A DNA stretch of 64,000 bases. Origin: Tubulanus polymorphus. Taxonomy: Eukaryota; Animalia; Nemertea. The notes below the pieces were generated by a model, which saw only the letters and a list, made by a program, of their open reading frames with translations, was not told where the DNA came from and did no database searches. The stretch spans positions 12,946,275 to 13,010,274 of the forward strand of contig NC_134032.1 of assembly GCF_964204645.1 (NCBI RefSeq). Reading direction: 5' to 3'. The position numbers and the translations under genes were made by a program. Shown here piece by piece: positions 59,881-64,000 of this stretch (within the stretch, counting starts at the first letter, position 1; each line of letters begins with the position of its first letter).

Positions 59881-62800
59881 AAGTCAAGCCAAAAGACAAG
59901 TGATGAGAATAATACACCGCATCGATCGATCCTGTTTCTTACTAAGGTAGGCTCCATCTGTATCTTTAAATGCATTCGTGTAGTAACGTTGCTGCATTCC
60001 AAATATGGTACATTTACGCAACGAAAACAGCGAAAAGTGAAGGTTAAGCCCAGACACAGGAAAACAGAAAAACGTGTTCGATCTCGAAATCATTGTTTCC
60101 CGAATATCATGTTTCTCGTTTTAACGCGGAAACGTGATTTTGTTTCCGTGTTTCTTAGCGTCGTGTTCATCGGGCTATAGGCACTGGGGTCATTTCGTAG
60201 CACAGATGATGACAGCTAGGAATCCGTCTGGGGTCGATCGTTTGGCTGACTGTTGGTCGAGGTGGCTCAGTCGACAATGATATTTTCCGCGGGCCCAGTT
60301 TCACGAAAAAGTTTCAGCCTAAAACGGTTATGTCTGCAGAATTGTTTTGCTCGTTGAAGTGACCAAAAGCAATTACACCAAAAGGCATTGGTTATTGTTT
60401 GTGACTTCCATTTTGACGATATCAACTGTTTCGCAGTCGGTTACAGGACAGAGGGCTACATGTGGACTCTAAGAGTCTACATGTCGACTCTAAATTCGAA
60501 TCGTTTTAGAGCCGTGGTTAGACACTTCACCTAACTTACTCTACCTGGTTATTTTGAAGTGGGAGGAAGGGGGAATCGCCAGCAAAGTCGTTTGAAACAT
60601 TGTTTAGAAAAAGTAACCCTTGTTTACGAGGTCTGCGGGTAGATTTCTTATGTTAGTAACATTTGAGTCATACAACCGGGTACAAGAGGTTCGTAAATCT
60701 GCACTCATCAGGGGCGGATCCAAAGTTTTCCTTTCGTGGTATCCAATATCCCGCTGCATAATTTTCAATATCTCTGAAGTACCGAATACCACTAGAATTA
60801 CTAAAAGCCGGAATACAGAATTATTGGTCTCGTGAGAATCCGGGATCGAACCGTCCGATTAGAATACTAGCTCGGCTTAAAGCGAAACGTACGATTTTAA
60901 GCCGAATTTCACGGAACGTTTTACAGATCGGGCTCAATCCGGATTCTAGTTTACGACCCGAGAACGATGCGGGCGTTTTTTCCGAATGATTGTCATAGCA
61001 ACGTGGTTGTTGCTTCTGGATATAATCACCAGAGAGATGATGCAGCGACGAGATGCAAGCTAAGAAGTAATTATACCACCGCGACTCGGCGAGTTATAGG
61101 TCCGAGTATTGTTAATAATGTGTAATCACTCCTTCGGTTTAGGCCTCGCTTAACAACAGCTACCGATGTGCCGTTAATCAGCTAGGATAATAGCTAATAG
61201 TTACCTATTGTCGATGACTTAATGATAAACATAAGGCAGTTAATTACAGAGATAGAATAAACGCGCACCATACAGGTTATTACATACGCATTATGACGTC
61301 ACACAATATTAATGGCGCTACGTATTGGGCTGTCGAGCGAAAGCCGCTAAATAATGGAAGTAACAAAATATTTCCTGCGACAGGTAGATCTGCGAACAAT
61401 TTGTCAATAATATTCCGATATAAAGATATTCCATATTGTTTAAGTTGTTTTGTAGTAGGGAAATCCATTCTAGTATTGATAATTCGGGAACTCTAGACAT
61501 ACCGTTTCAGCAACCAATTATTTCATTCGGCCAGTGAACCCTCAAGAAGGCGCTGTATTGCAGGGGTGGATTCTGGAACGGTTTCGGGGTTCGAACCCTG
61601 CTTTCTCATTGGGGTTTACGTAGGTTTCCGTATAGAGCCAGAGAGATTGTTAGACCTACTAATTATCTCGGAAATTGCCTCTTTTCGGATGTTTTTCTCC
61701 AAAAAAATAGCTAGTGTCCGAGAAATGGACCCCGGTTGCCTTTGGTGTCATTGTTTCGAGAAATGCCTTTTTTTTCTTCTTGGCCCCATCCGCCTCTGAA
61801 TTTGTGTCAAGACCATGAATCCTTATCATCTTGATATGATCAAAAGTCCGTTTACGGCCAACATGACGCATTTGAACAATACGCACGATGTCGGCATAAC
61901 TTCGCTGTCTACAATGAAATTCGGGGTCGAACAATTCAATACAAATCTTTATTGACCGCTCTGAGTTTCCAAAAAAATCAGCATGATACTTAAATAGCAG
62001 GGAATGTTTATCGCATAAGGTTTTACAAAAATACTGTATACATAGGAAGGGAAGGACTGCCAAGCAATGGTTCGTTCATATTCGATAAAGAAATTAGGAA
62101 TTGCAATTCTGGATTATGAACTCTCTACCGGCCGCTTCTATCTGATTTACCGATTATGCTATTCCGGGATAGGTTGGGCGTATTCTAGTCGTTACGAACG
62201 CACCAGAAGATATTTCCCGAATCAGTAGAAGCCAATCGAAACCTGCCCAAATATGTAAATTATCAGTTGGGACAAAATCCTACATGGATGTATGGGTTCG
62301 TACCAACGTACAAAATATATGAATACTTAAAAATGAATGCCTAATCACTAAAAGTTGATGGTGAAACTGGTTTATCTAACTGTAGGCCTACTATTTGCTC
62401 GCACGTCCCAATATCAAAGATAAATTTACATTATGAAGGGTATAGTGTCCTTCGATCACAACAATCGATTAGAGATCTTCCACACATAGAGCGAACTTCA
62501 GATTTCGTGTTAGTCTCGACTAGTGGTCGGCGCTAATAACCGCGCACTAGAGTTCGGTCTTAACGCATTTCACGGTGTCGACCATCTCAGAACAAGGTCC
62601 GAACTACAGCGACCGTTCTCAGTTAGTCGTGCTACAGTTGCGACTAACCGACATACGGTTTCGTTTAGTTCGCAAATAGTCGACTCACACCGATAACCGA
62701 AGTTCGCCTAGGCGCGGTTTTCCATGAAGATAACACGGATCGGACGGGCCCTCGCGCCGCGGAAAGGGGTCTACGACCGCGTGTGACAAATATTCCAAAT

Positions 62801-63461
62801 TCATACCGCATAAAATGAACCCTCTTAGAGCTAGGAAACATATGCAAGCGGCGGCGTGTATTCCAACCAAACGCCTGCTCTCAGTTCCCCGTGGAAAAGC
62901 GCCTGTCACCATGGTAACGTAAGCAATTGCTGCAACTCAATCAATAAGAATTCGATTACATTCGTCGCTTGATTTTTATTCTTCAGTCCGATAAACGAGA
63001 GAAGGGGGCTTTTATGATCATGCTAGGGTAGTTTATTTTCATAAACATTTCATATTTATATACGTTGTGGTTATATGGTGCTGCTGGATAGATACCTTCC
63101 TCGCGAATCGTGTATGAACCGCTGTTTATTCGCAGCCGCGGCAGATTCTATGCTGTGCACGGCGAATGACAACAAGGTTTCGGTCAATTCTCGCAGTGAT
63201 TGGCAACCTCAAACGCTTCTTCTGTGGCAATCGAGGATTCCACCCGTGGCAAGCGGAAGTCCACCAGGTGTGCTAGTAGTCGCTTGGTCTTCCGCGTTAG
63301 ATTTCGTTCTTCATTTCAATTAAAATCGAATCAACCTTCATCTTAGATAAATCAATTATTCATGAAAACTAGGTACCAATCACTGAGTATAAAAATGAAA
63401 ATTGTAATGTATATTACGGGATTAGGGAGAAACAAGGGAATACTCGAAGATGCTGATATAA

Positions 63462-63810
63462 CCCTGAGTGGCGCTCAGCGGGTTGGGGGGTAAAAAAGCC
63501 TACTAATAGTGGGTTTAGAGAAAAGGGGAACCTCAAACTATACTAATACTTTCCTGATTGATGCTTTGTGGGTTGAGGGGAAAATTAAACTCCTTATTAA
63601 AATTAATCTCCCTCCCTGAGTGGCGCTCAGCTGGTTGAAAGATAAAGGATTATCGAAACGTTCTAATAATTCCTCGAGCTATGATCAGTGGGTTGCGAAA
63701 AAAGGAACCTTGAACCTACTGTTCATACCTAGAGTGCTGCATATTTACTTGAGGGGGAAATGAACCTCATAACTCCTGATAATTCCTTGAGTGCTGCTTA
63801 GTGGGTTGGC
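63462..63810 (+). repeat. ~150-170-bp degenerate tandem repeat
   Basis: CTGAGTGGCGCTCAG recurs at 63464 and 63616, and degenerately at about 63787, with shared AAAAGG(G)AACCT and TTGAGGGG blocks. Confidence 0.7.
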
Positions 63811-64000
63811 GGTTGGAAACAGTACACACACAGCACAGAAACGAATGTAAGACTAATTCCTAATCTTTCCATTTGCAGTGCTATGACAATCCGGTGTTTA
63901 CATCGGACGAATGGATTCTGAAGTATGGAAACGGAGCTAGTCCAGTAGGGGTCGCCGCAATGCATATTCCGCCAAGTGCTCAAGATCGTCAGGATAGAAC

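Noticed and set aside
62905-62925. Plus-strand caccATG followed by donor-like GTAACG/GTAAGC as first exon of a neighbouring gene
   Set aside because: No downstream exon is identifiable within the window, so it cannot be supported.

Overview
Eukaryotic (metazoan, invertebrate-like; a marine spiralian is my inference) AT-rich genomic DNA with GT-AG introns and many short transposon-derived repeats. Most ORFs in the supplied track are spurious. Four protein-coding genes are supported. Three are divergent rhodopsin-class GPCRs with single-exon CDSs, clustered at 1.8-7.1 kb (+,-,+). The fourth is a spliced calmodulin-like (4 EF-hand) gene on the minus strand, with five constant coding exons at 14.0-18.7 kb. 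The most notable structure is upstream of these constant exons: about 35 kb (22-55 kb) holding an array of candidate alternative ATG-bearing first exons that splice in frame to the common core. They would give different N-terminal tags (polybasic, Cys/palmitoylation-like, Gly2/myristoylation-like, a 1-5-8-14 calmodulin-binding-like helix, or minimal MSK). Also present: a TSD-flanked Penelope-type inverted insertion carrying a minimal hammerhead ribozyme just upstream of GPCR1; a dispersed ~77-bp tandem-repeat family whose core resembles the CTCF motif; several MITE families (some nested); tRNA-derived SINEs; and microsatellites. All splice models were read by eye and need transcript confirmation.
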